This document shows positions 1 through 9,558 of a stretch of DNA of 34,969 bases, in pieces (position 1 is the stretch's first letter; the number at the start of each line of letters is the position of its first letter). Below the pieces are notes generated by a model, which had not been told where the DNA came from, did not search any database, and saw only the letters and a list, made by a program, of their open reading frames with translations. Source of the stretch: a virus (taxonomy: Duplodnaviria > Caudoviricetes); the IMG/VR virus record IMGVR_UViG_3300030330_003007, positions 1-34,969 of that record; one strand, written 5' to 3'. The position numbers and the translations under genes were made by a program.

Positions 1-1
1 A

Positions 2-99
2 CCCGCACCCGCACCCGCACCGACGCCCGCACCCGCACCCGCACCCGCACGGCCTGATGATATCACATTCAATATTCGACAAGATGAAGACTCAAACAA
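2..99. repeat. Terminal direct repeat, left copy (assembly overlap indicating a circular/permuted genome)
   Basis: 2-99 is identical to 34872-34969; only base 1 (a) differs from 34871 (g). Confidence 0.95.
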
Positions 100-643
100 T
101 CTCGTTGTTTCTAGTTTTGTTGATGTTAATGACCATTTCCCTTTTTTAGATCAAAAAAAAAGGGATGACGATGAGGTCGGGCACGTAACGACGCCGACCC
201 CCTATAATGAGTTTGCATCGCTTGACGACCTTAAAGCCGCTTGTGAGTTTAACCGCGTACCTTGGGATGACGTCGTCGCGCTTGGCGCTCGATTAGGTGT
301 AAGTATCGAGCATCTCGGCGCGGAGCAAAAACGACTGTTTTTTTATACGTGGTGTATTCAAAATACGCTCAGAACGTCGAATCTTAAAGCAGGTTGGAAT
401 CGCAACTTAAGCGAAGCCCGAACCGTATTTCGACGCCTCAAGCAAGAATTTAAAAGCATCGCAAATATCGAGAATCGACATATCGGCGCGATACTAGGAC
501 ACCCGACCTTTTGGGAGTCGGCAAAAGTATCGGCAGCGTTCGACGGCGATGCGTTAAAAGAAGCACAAAACGAACTCGACAAGCTCGCAAAGAGCAAAGA
601 CCACGCGCCGTTATTGCCCTCTAGATTGTCCTCGTTGGGGTAA
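2..643 (+). CDS. C-terminal part of the RecT/Redbeta-like recombinase (continues from 34245 across the join)
   Basis: Frame open from 2 to TAA at 641-643 (PAPAPAPTPAPAPAPARPDDITF...LLPSRLSSLG*), in phase with the ORF leaving the right end; not in the supplied ORF track. Confidence 0.85.
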   Translation, partial: PAPAPAPTPAPAPAPARPDDITFNIRQDEDSNNLVVSSFVDVNDHFPFLDQKKRDDDEVGHVTTPTPYNEFASLDDLKAACEFNRVPWDDVVALGARLGVSIEHLGAEQKRLFFYTWCIQNTLRTSNLKAGWNRNLSEARTVFRRLKQEFKSIANIENRHIGAILGHPTFWESAKVSAAFDGDALKEAQNELDKLAKSKDHAPLLPSRLSSLG

Positions 644-892
644 GGGGGTGCGGGCCTTATAGTCGCGTTCACAAAGCACTTCGATACGAGTTACCGCGGC
701 GATTAGCACTTCAAGTTTTGACTCTAATGATTCAAATCGATTATCCCAACGAGATCCGCGGGCTTCAAGAGATGCGACTTGTTGCTTAAGCTTGCCGAGC
801 TCTTCAGCGGCCCGCGCCTTATCTTGAGTTCCTTTGATAATCATCGCGAGAATCGTGAGAATTACGCCAAGATCAACGCCGCTTACATCCAT
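611..892 (-). CDS. Small membrane protein, N-terminal TM plus coiled coil (holin/lysis-accessory-like)
   Basis: VDLGVILTILAMII hydrophobic segment then heptad-rich helix; last gene of the late run. Confidence 0.55.
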   Translation of the reverse strand: MDVSGVDLGVILTILAMIIKGTQDKARAAEELGKLKQQVASLEARGSRWDNRFESLESKLEVLIAAVTRIEVLCERDYKARTPLPQRGQSRGQ

Positions 893-893
893 A

Positions 894-1337
894 TCATAGG
901 CCCTTTACGATCAATATGCTTGTCGCTATAACTGCGACCGCGCCGGCGCTGTATACGCCGATTTTAAGCTTATCGCGCTTGGTGTTGAGCTCTTCAAGTT
1001 GCAACTTTAAAGCTTTATTTTGCTCATCATACGCGCGGATTAATTCGGCGTCATCTTGCTCGCGATCACTCACGACAACCGCGAGTTCGGCAGCGGATAA
1101 CGCACACTCAGTTGCCGCTTGATCGACTGCGGTTCGGCATAGGTTCGGCGAGTTGTGTGCGATGTCCTTCAACTGCAAAAACTGAGTTAATGTAACAGTC
1201 ATACAAAAACCCGTTTTAGAGTTGCATCGTGAGCGTTCGCCCTCAATCCGCGGCAAATGATCACCGAGGTTAATCACGTTCGCCGGCGTCGCGGGTAAAA
1301 GCGCTTGAAGTATGAAAAGAGCGCCGATCATGATCAA
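894..1337 (-). CDS. Cys-rich exported/membrane protein with coiled coil and C-terminal TM (spanin-like candidate)
   Basis: Signal-like N-terminus, 4 Cys, coiled coil, C-terminal IGVYSAGAVAVIATSILIV; ATGA overlap with upstream gene. Confidence 0.5.
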   Translation of the reverse strand: MIMIGALFILQALLPATPANVINLGDHLPRIEGERSRCNSKTGFCMTVTLTQFLQLKDIAHNSPNLCRTAVDQAATECALSAAELAVVVSDREQDDAELIRAYDEQNKALKLQLEELNTKRDKLKIGVYSAGAVAVIATSILIVKGL

Positions 1338-1648
1338 TCCTTACAAATCTCAGCGCATGAGGCGAGCGCTTGCGACACCCGCGCTTGAGTGATTGATTCA
1401 CAATCAAGAGCACAATCGCCCGCCCGTTTAGCTTCGCATTGTGTCAGCTTGATTTGAGAGTCGATTAGGTCGCGGTTTTGCTGTTCTGATTCGATTTTGA
1501 GCTCGTTTTTTTCAGTCTCAAAATGAGCAGTCGCCGACTTGATACCCTCGCGAGCTCCGACGATATACGCCCCCAAAATCAAGCCCGCGCCTAAACACGA
1601 GGCGCCTAAATATTTTAGAGCGTCTTTATTTACATTTAAATTAATCAT
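1334..1648 (-). CDS. N-terminal TM, coiled coil, Cys-rich C-terminus (Rz/i-spanin-like candidate)
   Basis: YLGASCLGAGLILGAYIVG TM, helical ectodomain, 5 Cys in last ~35 aa; ATGA coupling. Confidence 0.5.
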   Translation of the reverse strand: MINLNVNKDALKYLGASCLGAGLILGAYIVGAREGIKSATAHFETEKNELKIESEQQNRDLIDSQIKLTQCEAKRAGDCALDCESITQARVSQALASCAEICKD

Positions 1649-2127
1649 ATTGAATACATCAAGAGGCTAGTATTTGTAAATGTCGTTGACGTGCTCGAAC
1701 CGTCCCAATAGCTAGGCTGATGAAAAGTCATCGCGCGATTAGACCCATTTGACGCACACCTTAGCCTAAAATCTCTTGATCCGGTCCATGTTGGTAATAC
1801 GTACTGAAAATGTATGAACCACCGATAGCCCTGATCTGTTCCGCCGCTATTGCCGATATTTCTACGATATCTATAATTAATCTCACTCCATGTATTACTA
1901 TGGAAATGATCCAAGTAAAACGCCTGAAATGTAATATTATTTAACCTTCGAGCAAAAAAAGACACGTCATAAATCACGCTCGTTGATCCGCTCGCCGGAG
2001 TATAGCTGATCTCAGTGCCCCAAATCGTAGTATATGTATTAGCGGCGTTTGAGCTTGTTTGACTTGAAGTATGTGTCGTAATCAACACTTTCGGATTGAG
2101 AAAGTGTTCAGCTAGTTTATAAGTCAT
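1645..2127 (-). CDS. Beta-rich tail-fibre-tip-like paralog 3
   Basis: Shares ISYTPxS..VIY, WTGSRDFRL, NTSLL motifs with the two upstream genes; AT-rich. Confidence 0.6.
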   Translation of the reverse strand: MTYKLAEHFLNPKVLITTHTSSQTSSNAANTYTTIWGTEISYTPASGSTSVIYDVSFFARRLNNITFQAFYLDHFHSNTWSEINYRYRRNIGNSGGTDQGYRWFIHFQYVLPTWTGSRDFRLRCASNGSNRAMTFHQPSYWDGSSTSTTFTNTSLLMYSI

Positions 2128-2130
2128 TTT

Positions 2131-2640
2131 TCATACCTCTATCTCAACAATGATTAACGCAGTATTTAAATAAACCTCTTCGGAGTCGTCGCCGTCGAAT
2201 TGGCTCGCCCTGTGCAACTGAACTTCGTTGTCAGTACTATACGACCTTGCAACTAAGCGCAAATGACTGCTTCCGTGCATATTTTGAACTAAAAACATCG
2301 GTGTACATGTTCTAAAATAATAATCACGCGCTTCTATAGTGTCTCCGCTAACATTATGAAATGTACCCGCTACATCATTAATATCACTTACAAAATTATC
2401 GTTACTTTTTTGAAGCTTAATATGCAACCACGGTTTATCATATGAACCCGTCCCGCCGGAATCACTAAAATAGTTAGTGCTAAAGTAGAAACAAAATTTA
2501 TAATACACGATAGAATTTGATCGCCTTAAGTTAATAAACCCTTTGCTTCCTGTGATCTCTGTATATGTTGTCGATATGTTTTGAACACTCGGCGCTTGAG
2601 CGCTTGAGTGAGTTAAAAAGCTACGATTACTATAAGACAT
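2131..2640 (-). CDS. Beta-rich tail-fibre-tip-like paralog 2
   Basis: MSY start, GSSHLRLVARSY, NTALI motifs; AT-rich. Confidence 0.6.
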   Translation of the reverse strand: MSYSNRSFLTHSSAQAPSVQNISTTYTEITGSKGFINLRRSNSIVYYKFCFYFSTNYFSDSGGTGSYDKPWLHIKLQKSNDNFVSDINDVAGTFHNVSGDTIEARDYYFRTCTPMFLVQNMHGSSHLRLVARSYSTDNEVQLHRASQFDGDDSEEVYLNTALIIVEIEV

Positions 2641-2643
2641 TTT

Positions 2644-3129
2644 TTATCCGATCACCGAATACGCCATAATGAGCGGGGCCGCGCCGACGCCTTCGGTACC
2701 CGACGCATTAAAAGAGCGGCCTAAAGTAAATTCACTATTAGTGCCGTATGATCTTGCGGCAAGCCTTAACTGACGACTACCAGACCAACTATTTAAATGA
2801 AATTTAAACAGATATGTATGCCAGTTGTAATCTGTTGATGAGCTAAAATTACCCGCAAAAATTTTAGACCCGTCATAAGTAGTCCACGATGCGCCACTAT
2901 TCTCCGAATATTGCAACCTTGCACACATTAACGAGCCCGCCGCGTCGGGGTTCCATGCGATTTGTAAAGCGCACTCATAAATTACTTTTTCGGCGTTTGA
3001 TTCGGGCGTGTATGTAATCAGTGTATCACTTAACGCTACTATTGAAGTGGATACGCTTTGCTTTGTAAATGATGTATCTGCAAGCGTTACGTAATTATTA
3101 AGCGAACCCGTTGTGTTTAAATAGCTCAT
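2644..3129 (-). CDS. Beta-rich tail-fibre-tip-like paralog 1
   Basis: MSY start, ITYTPES..VIY, WSGSRQLRLAARSY; directly downstream of tail fibre. Confidence 0.6.
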   Translation of the reverse strand: MSYLNTTGSLNNYVTLADTSFTKQSVSTSIVALSDTLITYTPESNAEKVIYECALQIAWNPDAAGSLMCARLQYSENSGASWTTYDGSKIFAGNFSSSTDYNWHTYLFKFHLNSWSGSRQLRLAARSYGTNSEFTLGRSFNASGTEGVGAAPLIMAYSVIG

Positions 3130-3140
3130 ATATCAATCAC

Positions 3141-5237
3141 TTAAATAATATAGTAGTTTGAGCCGTCGCTTAATAATGTAAGAGACTCATTTTGACTTGA
3201 GGTTACATATGTACTTGAGTCATCGATGTTACTACTCGCCGGCGTCAACGTTAACGAATACGAACCGCTCAAATTTTTAATCTGATATTTGAACCCCGCG
3301 CCCGCAGCCGATGCCGCCGGAATATTTACAACAATATCAGCGCTCGGAGTGAGTAAGTATACCTCTTCGATTCCCGCATGAGTAGAGATCGTGTAAGCGC
3401 CGCCTGGGCTTGCGCTCGTCACGTTCGGGACACTGCCACCGCCGCCGCTCGCGGTATCCCATGATAAAGCGCCGCTACCATCGGTTTTTAAGAATTGGCC
3501 GTTTGAGCCGGTGTCGTTGGGTAGTGTTAGCGTATAACTCGCCGCGGCCGAATGCGCCGGCCCTTTGATCTTAATACCGTGCGTATTTTGTTCGCAGTTT
3601 AATTGTATTTGACCCGCGCCGCTCGTTGCGTTGCCCGCAATCGTGACGAGTCCGGAACCGTTCGGCGCTAATGTAATCGCACGATTTGAACTCGACACGA
3701 TAGACCGCGTTAAAACGTCCAGGTCCCCGCCGAGCTCTGGCGATTCATCATCAACGACCGCGGCAAGCCCCGAAGCCGCCGCCGCCTCGGCGCCCCATGA
3801 CGTCGACGAATGATCATACGTTAGCACGTAGTTATCAATCCCCGCGCCGGCGCTGTAACTCACGTCTGATAGTTTATTAAGATCAAGTTGAGCCGCCGTG
3901 AAATTGTTTCCATCGCCGACGATGACGTGATTGTTTGTCGGCGTCAACCCCGCGACGTCGGCAAGCTGTGCGTCGTACGCTTGAACGTCTGAACCGATTG
4001 CGACGCCTAGGTTTGTGCGGGCGTCGCTTGCATTGCTCGCACCCGTGCCCCCGTCGGCGATTGTGATGTCAGTGATACCCGTAACCGACCCGCCCGTGAT
4101 GCTTACGCTATTCGATGCTTGAGTCGACATCGTGCCGAGACTCGCAAATGATACAGCGCCCGCGCCGTCGGTTTGTAAAACCTGATTCGCCGACCCGTCG
4201 GATGTAGGCAGCGCATAAGCGCCGGCAACATTCAACCCGCCGACTTGCACCGCGTTCGACGTGGTCGCACCGCGCCCCGTAACTGTGTCGAGTGTATCAG
4301 ATGACGCGCCAACCGCCTCGGCGCCCCATGACGTCGACGAGTGATCATACGTCAAGACATAATTATCAATCCCCGCGCCGGCGGTATAACTCACGTCTGA
4401 TAGTTTATTAAGATCAAGTTGAGCCGCCGTAAAATTGTTTCCGTCGCCGACGATGACGTGATTGTTTGTCGGCGTCAACCCCGCGACGTCGGCAAGCTGT
4501 GCGTCGTATGCTTGAACGTCTGAACCGATTGCGACGCCTAGGTTTGTGCGGGCGTCGCTTGCATTGCTCGCACCCGTACCCCCGTCGGCAACTGCGAGAT
4601 CAGTGATACCCGACACCGAGCCGCCGGTGATCGATACGCTATTCGATGCTTGAGTCGACATCGTGCCGAGGGTGCCTAGCTTCGTATCAATTCCTGCTAG
4701 ATGACTTTCAATCTTGTCGTTTGCGGTTGAGTAATTGCTTGCAGTATGGTCGCCGTCGACGTTCGCACCGTTAAGAACGATTGTTCCCGTTAATCCGTTT
4801 ACTGAACTTACGAGATCAGTGTTGTCGATCTTGTCAATTTTGCTGTTAGATATCGACCCTCCCATATCGTCATTAATGACTAAATGGTCGCCGTCGACCC
4901 AATCTTGACCGTACAGTGTAGCGACGCCTTGAATGATGTAGAAGTCGCCTTTTAAAGCGTTCGCGATACTCGGCGACGCCGTCGTTACGTTGAACGTCCC
5001 TTTATAGGTTAGGCCGCCCGTAACGCTGATCGTAGTAAACGAGATCGCGCCCGCGCCGTCGGTTTGTAAAACCTGATTCGCCGACCCGTCGGATGTAGGC
5101 AGCGCATAAGCGCCGGCAACATTCAACCCGCCGACTTGCACCGCGTTCGACGTCGTTGCGCCGCGCCCCGTGACATCGTCAAGTGTATCTGTAGATGCGG
5201 CCGCGCCCGCGCTTGGTGGTAAAAATACGACAGTCAT
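3141..5237 (-). CDS. Tail fibre protein with internal duplications
   Basis: Gly/Ser/Thr/Ala-rich; fibre-type motifs GGTGASNASDARTNLG, NQVLQTDGAG, NGQFLKTDGSGALSW, VSSVNGLTG. Confidence 0.85.
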   Translation of the reverse strand: MTVVFLPPSAGAAASTDTLDDVTGRGATTSNAVQVGGLNVAGAYALPTSDGSANQVLQTDGAGAISFTTISVTGGLTYKGTFNVTTASPSIANALKGDFYIIQGVATLYGQDWVDGDHLVINDDMGGSISNSKIDKIDNTDLVSSVNGLTGTIVLNGANVDGDHTASNYSTANDKIESHLAGIDTKLGTLGTMSTQASNSVSITGGSVSGITDLAVADGGTGASNASDARTNLGVAIGSDVQAYDAQLADVAGLTPTNNHVIVGDGNNFTAAQLDLNKLSDVSYTAGAGIDNYVLTYDHSSTSWGAEAVGASSDTLDTVTGRGATTSNAVQVGGLNVAGAYALPTSDGSANQVLQTDGAGAVSFASLGTMSTQASNSVSITGGSVTGITDITIADGGTGASNASDARTNLGVAIGSDVQAYDAQLADVAGLTPTNNHVIVGDGNNFTAAQLDLNKLSDVSYSAGAGIDNYVLTYDHSSTSWGAEAAAASGLAAVVDDESPELGGDLDVLTRSIVSSSNRAITLAPNGSGLVTIAGNATSGAGQIQLNCEQNTHGIKIKGPAHSAAASYTLTLPNDTGSNGQFLKTDGSGALSWDTASGGGGSVPNVTSASPGGAYTISTHAGIEEVYLLTPSADIVVNIPAASAAGAGFKYQIKNLSGSYSLTLTPASSNIDDSSTYVTSSQNESLTLLSDGSNYYII
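3782..4670. repeat. Near-identical ~358 bp direct repeat (3782-4139 and 4313-4670) in the tail fibre
   Basis: 531-bp offset; both encode LGTMSTQASN...TSWGAE. Confidence 0.95.
4156..5189. repeat. ~143 bp direct repeat (4156-4298 and 5047-5189) in the tail fibre
   Basis: 891-bp offset; both encode DTLDxVTGRGATTSNAVQVGG...QTDGAGA. Confidence 0.95.
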
Positions 5238-5249
5238 AAGAAAACCCCT

Positions 5250-5618
5250 TTATGATTTAGCAAAACCGGCGACGATTCGGACTTTATCACCCGCCGCGGC
5301 TTTTTTGATCGCGATTGTAGTTACTCGATTTAACAGCGTAGCAAGATCATCGCTGTAAAATTGGCCGACGGCGATTTCATTGTCGGTCGTATCAGTTGCA
5401 AGGGTGCGAGCTCTATATTTTAAAAATGCTGAGCCCGACCCCTCGTTAGAGATGCCCAACCATGCGAATTTTAAATTCGGGTCGCAAGCGTTGCCCGTCG
5501 TCGTGTCTTTAAAATTGGCGCTCGTTAGATCGTTCCAATTGGTATTATTAATCGCCGTCGACGCATCATAAACGCCGCGGATGTTGCCCGCGATAATGGG
5601 GGCTGTAACATTAAGCAT
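5250..5618 (-). CDS. Small beta-rich protein, probably virion/fibre-associated
   Basis: ATG at 5618 preceded by GAGGAG; lies just upstream of tail fibre. Confidence 0.55.
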   Translation of the reverse strand: MLNVTAPIIAGNIRGVYDASTAINNTNWNDLTSANFKDTTTGNACDPNLKFAWLGISNEGSGSAFLKYRARTLATDTTDNEIAVGQFYSDDLATLLNRVTTIAIKKAAAGDKVRIVAGFAKS

Positions 5619-5826
5619 CTTTTTTTGTCTCCTCATCAGTCGGTTTATTCATGCGTTTCGCCGCGACATTCGCACCCGCAAAAACGAGATATAACGTATC
5701 AATTAGGCCTAGCACCTCACCCGACGCTTTACCCGAAAGCGCTAACACAAACGAACACGCGAGCGCGGCATAAAACCCCGCCGCTTTACGACCGCCCGCT
5801 TTACCTGTTAGCGTTTGATTACTCAT
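5611..5826 (-). CDS. Putative holin (2 TM, charged C-terminus)
   Basis: 71 aa, GGRK then two hydrophobic segments, AGANVAAK; overlaps the endolysin stop. Confidence 0.65.
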   Translation of the reverse strand: MSNQTLTGKAGGRKAAGFYAALACSFVLALSGKASGEVLGLIDTLYLVFAGANVAAKRMNKPTDEETKKDA

Positions 5827-6478
5827 CGAAATCGCCGCCTAGTAAACGGTATACATGCGCGACTTCATCGACCGAACGTTGACGAGTGATTACACCCTCA
5901 CCGCGCTCGCCGTTTCCGAGTTCGCCGTATGCGTTACCCTCAACCGTTTCAAAAATACCATCGGTCGCCGGCGGTTCGGTGCATATCGTGATATGATCGC
6001 CGTAGCTTTTCCGAGCCGCGCTGAACACGACGACGATATCCCCCGCCCTCATCTTTTCAACATCAATCAATCGTGATGTATGGCCCCAATCGCGAAACAT
6101 ACGATAACACGACGGAAATGTATTTTTACGAATGTCGAGTTTTACGGATTGCCAACAATACGCGGCGAACGCGCCGCACCAAGCGAATTGACCATTTTTT
6201 TTATATTGCTTCTCCCAACTCCACCCGATGCCCTGTTGAGTACGGATGTAAGTATCAATTCGCGGTGAGGGGTCTTCGACAATAGAGCGCCATTCTTGAA
6301 AACCCCGATCAATCGCTTGTGCCGCTCGCGGGTCAACGTGCGGCGTCGGCCAATAGATCATTTTCGGCGGTAACTCATGCGTATCAATGTCGCTCTGTTT
6401 AAGAGCTCGGTGTAGTCGCCTTACATCATGTTCAAGGTTTTCGACTCGTTGCTGTAACTCGGCTTTCGTAGGCATCAA
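5819..6478 (-). CDS. Endolysin, CHAP/NlpC-P60-type cysteine amidase/peptidase
   Basis: WCGAFAAYC (catalytic Cys), GDIVV, HITI (His), TVEGN motifs typical of CHAP domains. Confidence 0.8.
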   Translation of the reverse strand: MMPTKAELQQRVENLEHDVRRLHRALKQSDIDTHELPPKMIYWPTPHVDPRAAQAIDRGFQEWRSIVEDPSPRIDTYIRTQQGIGWSWEKQYKKNGQFAWCGAFAAYCWQSVKLDIRKNTFPSCYRMFRDWGHTSRLIDVEKMRAGDIVVVFSAARKSYGDHITICTEPPATDGIFETVEGNAYGELGNGERGEGVITRQRSVDEVAHVYRLLGGDFDE

Positions 6479-9400
6479 TTAAACTCCTCAGCGTCGGTTG
6501 ATGTATCTAGTATATCAGAAGAGTTAGCGAGATACGCATCGGTTTTATGATCGCTTGTCGCGTTGCTAAAATCGGTCGGTTCAATCGTGCCACCCGCGGC
6601 GCTTATGCTATGCGCTGCGGTGAACGTGATGACGCTTCCGACGACGCTGAGAATTGTTAACCCGATAATCGCCGCGTCGTGATTACCGGCGGGTAGATAA
6701 TCAACAATATCACCCGCTTTAAAGAATGATGCGTCGGTCGCCGATGATGCACTGTATTTGTTCGCGTCGACTGTAACCGTAGTCGTCGTGTAACTCGACA
6801 CCCGCGCCGCCGAATTCCAATTGACGGGGCTCAAGCCGGTTGTGATAAGCTCAAGCTCGCAACCTTCAGACATAAGATTTTGTCGTATAGCTCTTACCAT
6901 GCCGACACCGTCGGTGACGCCGTATTCATCGCCATAACCCCGCAAATGAGGCGACGAGACAGTCAGATATGAACCGACATCAATGTAAATGCTCTTACCT
7001 GTGCCGATCTCGCCGCGCCAAGTGCGAATAGGATTTGAAAGCAAGTTAAACAGTCGTGACGATGTCGGCAGAAAATAGGCGAAATTGTCACCGGCACCGC
7101 GGCCGAATTGATCGGAGTTTAGACCCGCGAGTCTTAACGTAATCTTTGAGCGCTCGCCGCCATATCTATTGATCGCGGCGTAATTATTAAACACGACCTC
7201 ACTTAAAAATTTGTCTTCGGCGGGGTCATAATCAAACTGATATTCGATTTGTGTAACGATGTCTTCATGTATACCCCATTTCGGCACCGGATCGGCAATC
7301 CAATCTCCCGCGGATACAGTCAACGAGCTCGCCGACGTTCGCTCGTTACCGAGTGAGACCAGGGTGATCAATGATCGGCCCGTTGATGCGTCGCGCTTCA
7401 TCACGATGCAAGCGCCGAGCAACCTTAAAACACTGTCGAACGTCTCTCGGAGGTCGGCACCGTCGCCCGCATAGTTATCAGTAAGCGTAAATGTTGCCGT
7501 CGCATCAGCTGCTAAAAACGACGCCTCATCAATATCAGAGCTCGATATGCCTAGGCCGATTGATAACAGATCATAAGCGCCGTTGATGCCGCCGCCGCCG
7601 CCTGATTCGAGCAACATTAAAAGCACGGTGCCGGCCCGCTGTCCTTCCACCTGCCCGCCGCGATAAATTAACGCTCGCTCTTTATCGCTCCAATCGCCAA
7701 AACTAAACGTGTTTCGGTGATCGTGGTCGTTAGCGATATGGATGATATGGCCGACGTTTGAACCGTCAAAAGTCGCTGTAGTCTGATGAGTGCATTTGAA
7801 GATTTGGCGGCGTATCTCTTCGAGTTTATGGTCATAATATTCGACTGTGAGAAAATGAAACACGCCCGCCGATGCCGTGTTAGGTAGACCTAACGACCCT
7901 TCGACGAGTATACCGCTTTCAAACTGTTGATAATACGCCGACGGAACATCACGAAGGGGTCGCACCGCGGTCGCCGCCGATGAGCCCGCCGTGATCTCGA
8001 TGCGTCTCCATCCGGTACCCTCATCGAATTGTTGTTCGATTGGGTCATTTGATAAACCAAGATCGAGCGGGTATGAAATGCGAGATAGATTGTCAAGCGG
8101 TCCCGACGTCCCAAATGCCCCCCAACGAAGCGGAGCCCTAACACCTTGATCAGCTAAACCCCGTCGAATCAATCGCCATAGATATTCGTTATTCCAAAGA
8201 TACAACCGCGCCGAAAATGGAGAGTTAGACAACTTCTCTAGTCGTATCACGTTATCAGCGCCGAGACGCCAACGAGCAAACCCACCGTTAACGCCGGCGG
8301 TTGAATTCGGGCCGATTGCGGTAAGCGTATCGGTGATCACTTCGGGCCATTTTTTGACCTCTTCGTCGCCGAGCTCGTGTTGCTTTAACTCGACAAGTGG
8401 TAAGCGAATTCTAAGCGACTCACTCGCGGTGATCTCCGCAGCGTTTAATGCGCTCGTTATCGTTGAATCAGCCCGCACCTGATAACCGACGATCCCCGCG
8501 TCGAACGTTAACGAGGTCGGGTATACTCCATCATCAGAAAACACCGGATCTTGTGAGCGTCTTAGTTTCGGGTATCGCGGGTGTTCTCTTGGATAATTAT
8601 CAACGTCCTGGCCCTTCGGTAATGACGTATCAAAATCATCAAACATTTTATTAAAACTTCGTCGCAACTGTACCGACGTTTGAAACGTGCTCGCTGTAAT
8701 CGCCGCGCTTGTATCGGGCGTTATCACCGGCTCCTGATCGTCCAGGTCTTTATGCAAGCCGAGCGCATATTCTAAAATCGACCCCTGGCGACCATCATAG
8801 TAATGATAGCCGGTGAGTAGTCGCGTTTGAGATATGCCCTTGTCGCTCAGATTCGTATCAATCAACGCGGTAAGGGGCATCAATGACAAAGTGATTTCGT
8901 CCCCGGCGTCGACGGTCGGCGACGATTCAATAAACCCGTTCACGATCTCAGTGTAATCAGATACCGCGCCGCTTGGGTATTGATGCGCGACGAATAACCG
9001 AGCGCGTCGCCCCCTAAACGTCGTTATCTCTAACGTGAGTTCGGGCACTACCGAGCCCTCTAAATCAATCGAGTGCGTTTGTATCGGCGTATCACCGGCA
9101 CCGCGGGCACATGTCACCGTCGTTGATGTCGCTGATGATGCTCGTACAGTTTCAGCGCCAACATGAAAAAGGCGCGGATATGAATAGCTTGATAAATCAG
9201 TTGAGACTAAAAACGTTGTGTCTGTTCTCGAAGCGCTCGCCGTCAATTTCGCCCGCATGGATGCCGACCGCGCACCGCATCGACCGAAAACAACGCCCGC
9301 ATCACTAACACCCCCTCTCCGATTAACGCCGAGTGATACTGAAACGGCGCCATAGTCAGCAACGCCGCCGCTCGGGTCGATTGATGCGCTCACCGATCCG

Positions 9401-9558
9401 ACGGCCGTGATTGCCTCAACATCGACGTAATTAATACCCGTCGCGATTGTCGAATCTAACGACGTTGACGCCGGCGGGGTCGTGCTATGATAGCGATATC
9501 TTAAACCCGCGATTTGTAACGCGAATACACGGCGGCCGTGATTGCTATCAACTGTCAT
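6475..9558 (-). CDS. Large tail tip/baseplate hub protein
   Basis: 1027 aa, beta-rich, last large gene of tail module; positional inference. Confidence 0.65.
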   Translation of the reverse strand: MTVDSNHGRRVFALQIAGLRYRYHSTTPPASTSLDSTIATGINYVDVEAITAVGSVSASIDPSGGVADYGAVSVSLGVNRRGGVSDAGVVFGRCGARSASMRAKLTASASRTDTTFLVSTDLSSYSYPRLFHVGAETVRASSATSTTVTCARGAGDTPIQTHSIDLEGSVVPELTLEITTFRGRRARLFVAHQYPSGAVSDYTEIVNGFIESSPTVDAGDEITLSLMPLTALIDTNLSDKGISQTRLLTGYHYYDGRQGSILEYALGLHKDLDDQEPVITPDTSAAITASTFQTSVQLRRSFNKMFDDFDTSLPKGQDVDNYPREHPRYPKLRRSQDPVFSDDGVYPTSLTFDAGIVGYQVRADSTITSALNAAEITASESLRIRLPLVELKQHELGDEEVKKWPEVITDTLTAIGPNSTAGVNGGFARWRLGADNVIRLEKLSNSPFSARLYLWNNEYLWRLIRRGLADQGVRAPLRWGAFGTSGPLDNLSRISYPLDLGLSNDPIEQQFDEGTGWRRIEITAGSSAATAVRPLRDVPSAYYQQFESGILVEGSLGLPNTASAGVFHFLTVEYYDHKLEEIRRQIFKCTHQTTATFDGSNVGHIIHIANDHDHRNTFSFGDWSDKERALIYRGGQVEGQRAGTVLLMLLESGGGGGINGAYDLLSIGLGISSSDIDEASFLAADATATFTLTDNYAGDGADLRETFDSVLRLLGACIVMKRDASTGRSLITLVSLGNERTSASSLTVSAGDWIADPVPKWGIHEDIVTQIEYQFDYDPAEDKFLSEVVFNNYAAINRYGGERSKITLRLAGLNSDQFGRGAGDNFAYFLPTSSRLFNLLSNPIRTWRGEIGTGKSIYIDVGSYLTVSSPHLRGYGDEYGVTDGVGMVRAIRQNLMSEGCELELITTGLSPVNWNSAARVSSYTTTTVTVDANKYSASSATDASFFKAGDIVDYLPAGNHDAAIIGLTILSVVGSVITFTAAHSISAAGGTIEPTDFSNATSDHKTDAYLANSSDILDTSTDAEEFN

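Noticed and set aside
2-99. Biological terminal repeat of the virion DNA
   Set aside because: Length fits a k-mer assembly overlap and it falls mid-gene at a low-complexity repeat
358-672. 104-aa minus-strand ORF
   Set aside because: Antisense shadow of the recombinase C-terminal frame
3782-4670. Diversity-generating retroelement TR/VR pair
   Set aside because: No reverse transcriptase in the genome; differences are mostly synonymous, not adenine-specific, and both copies are in one ORF
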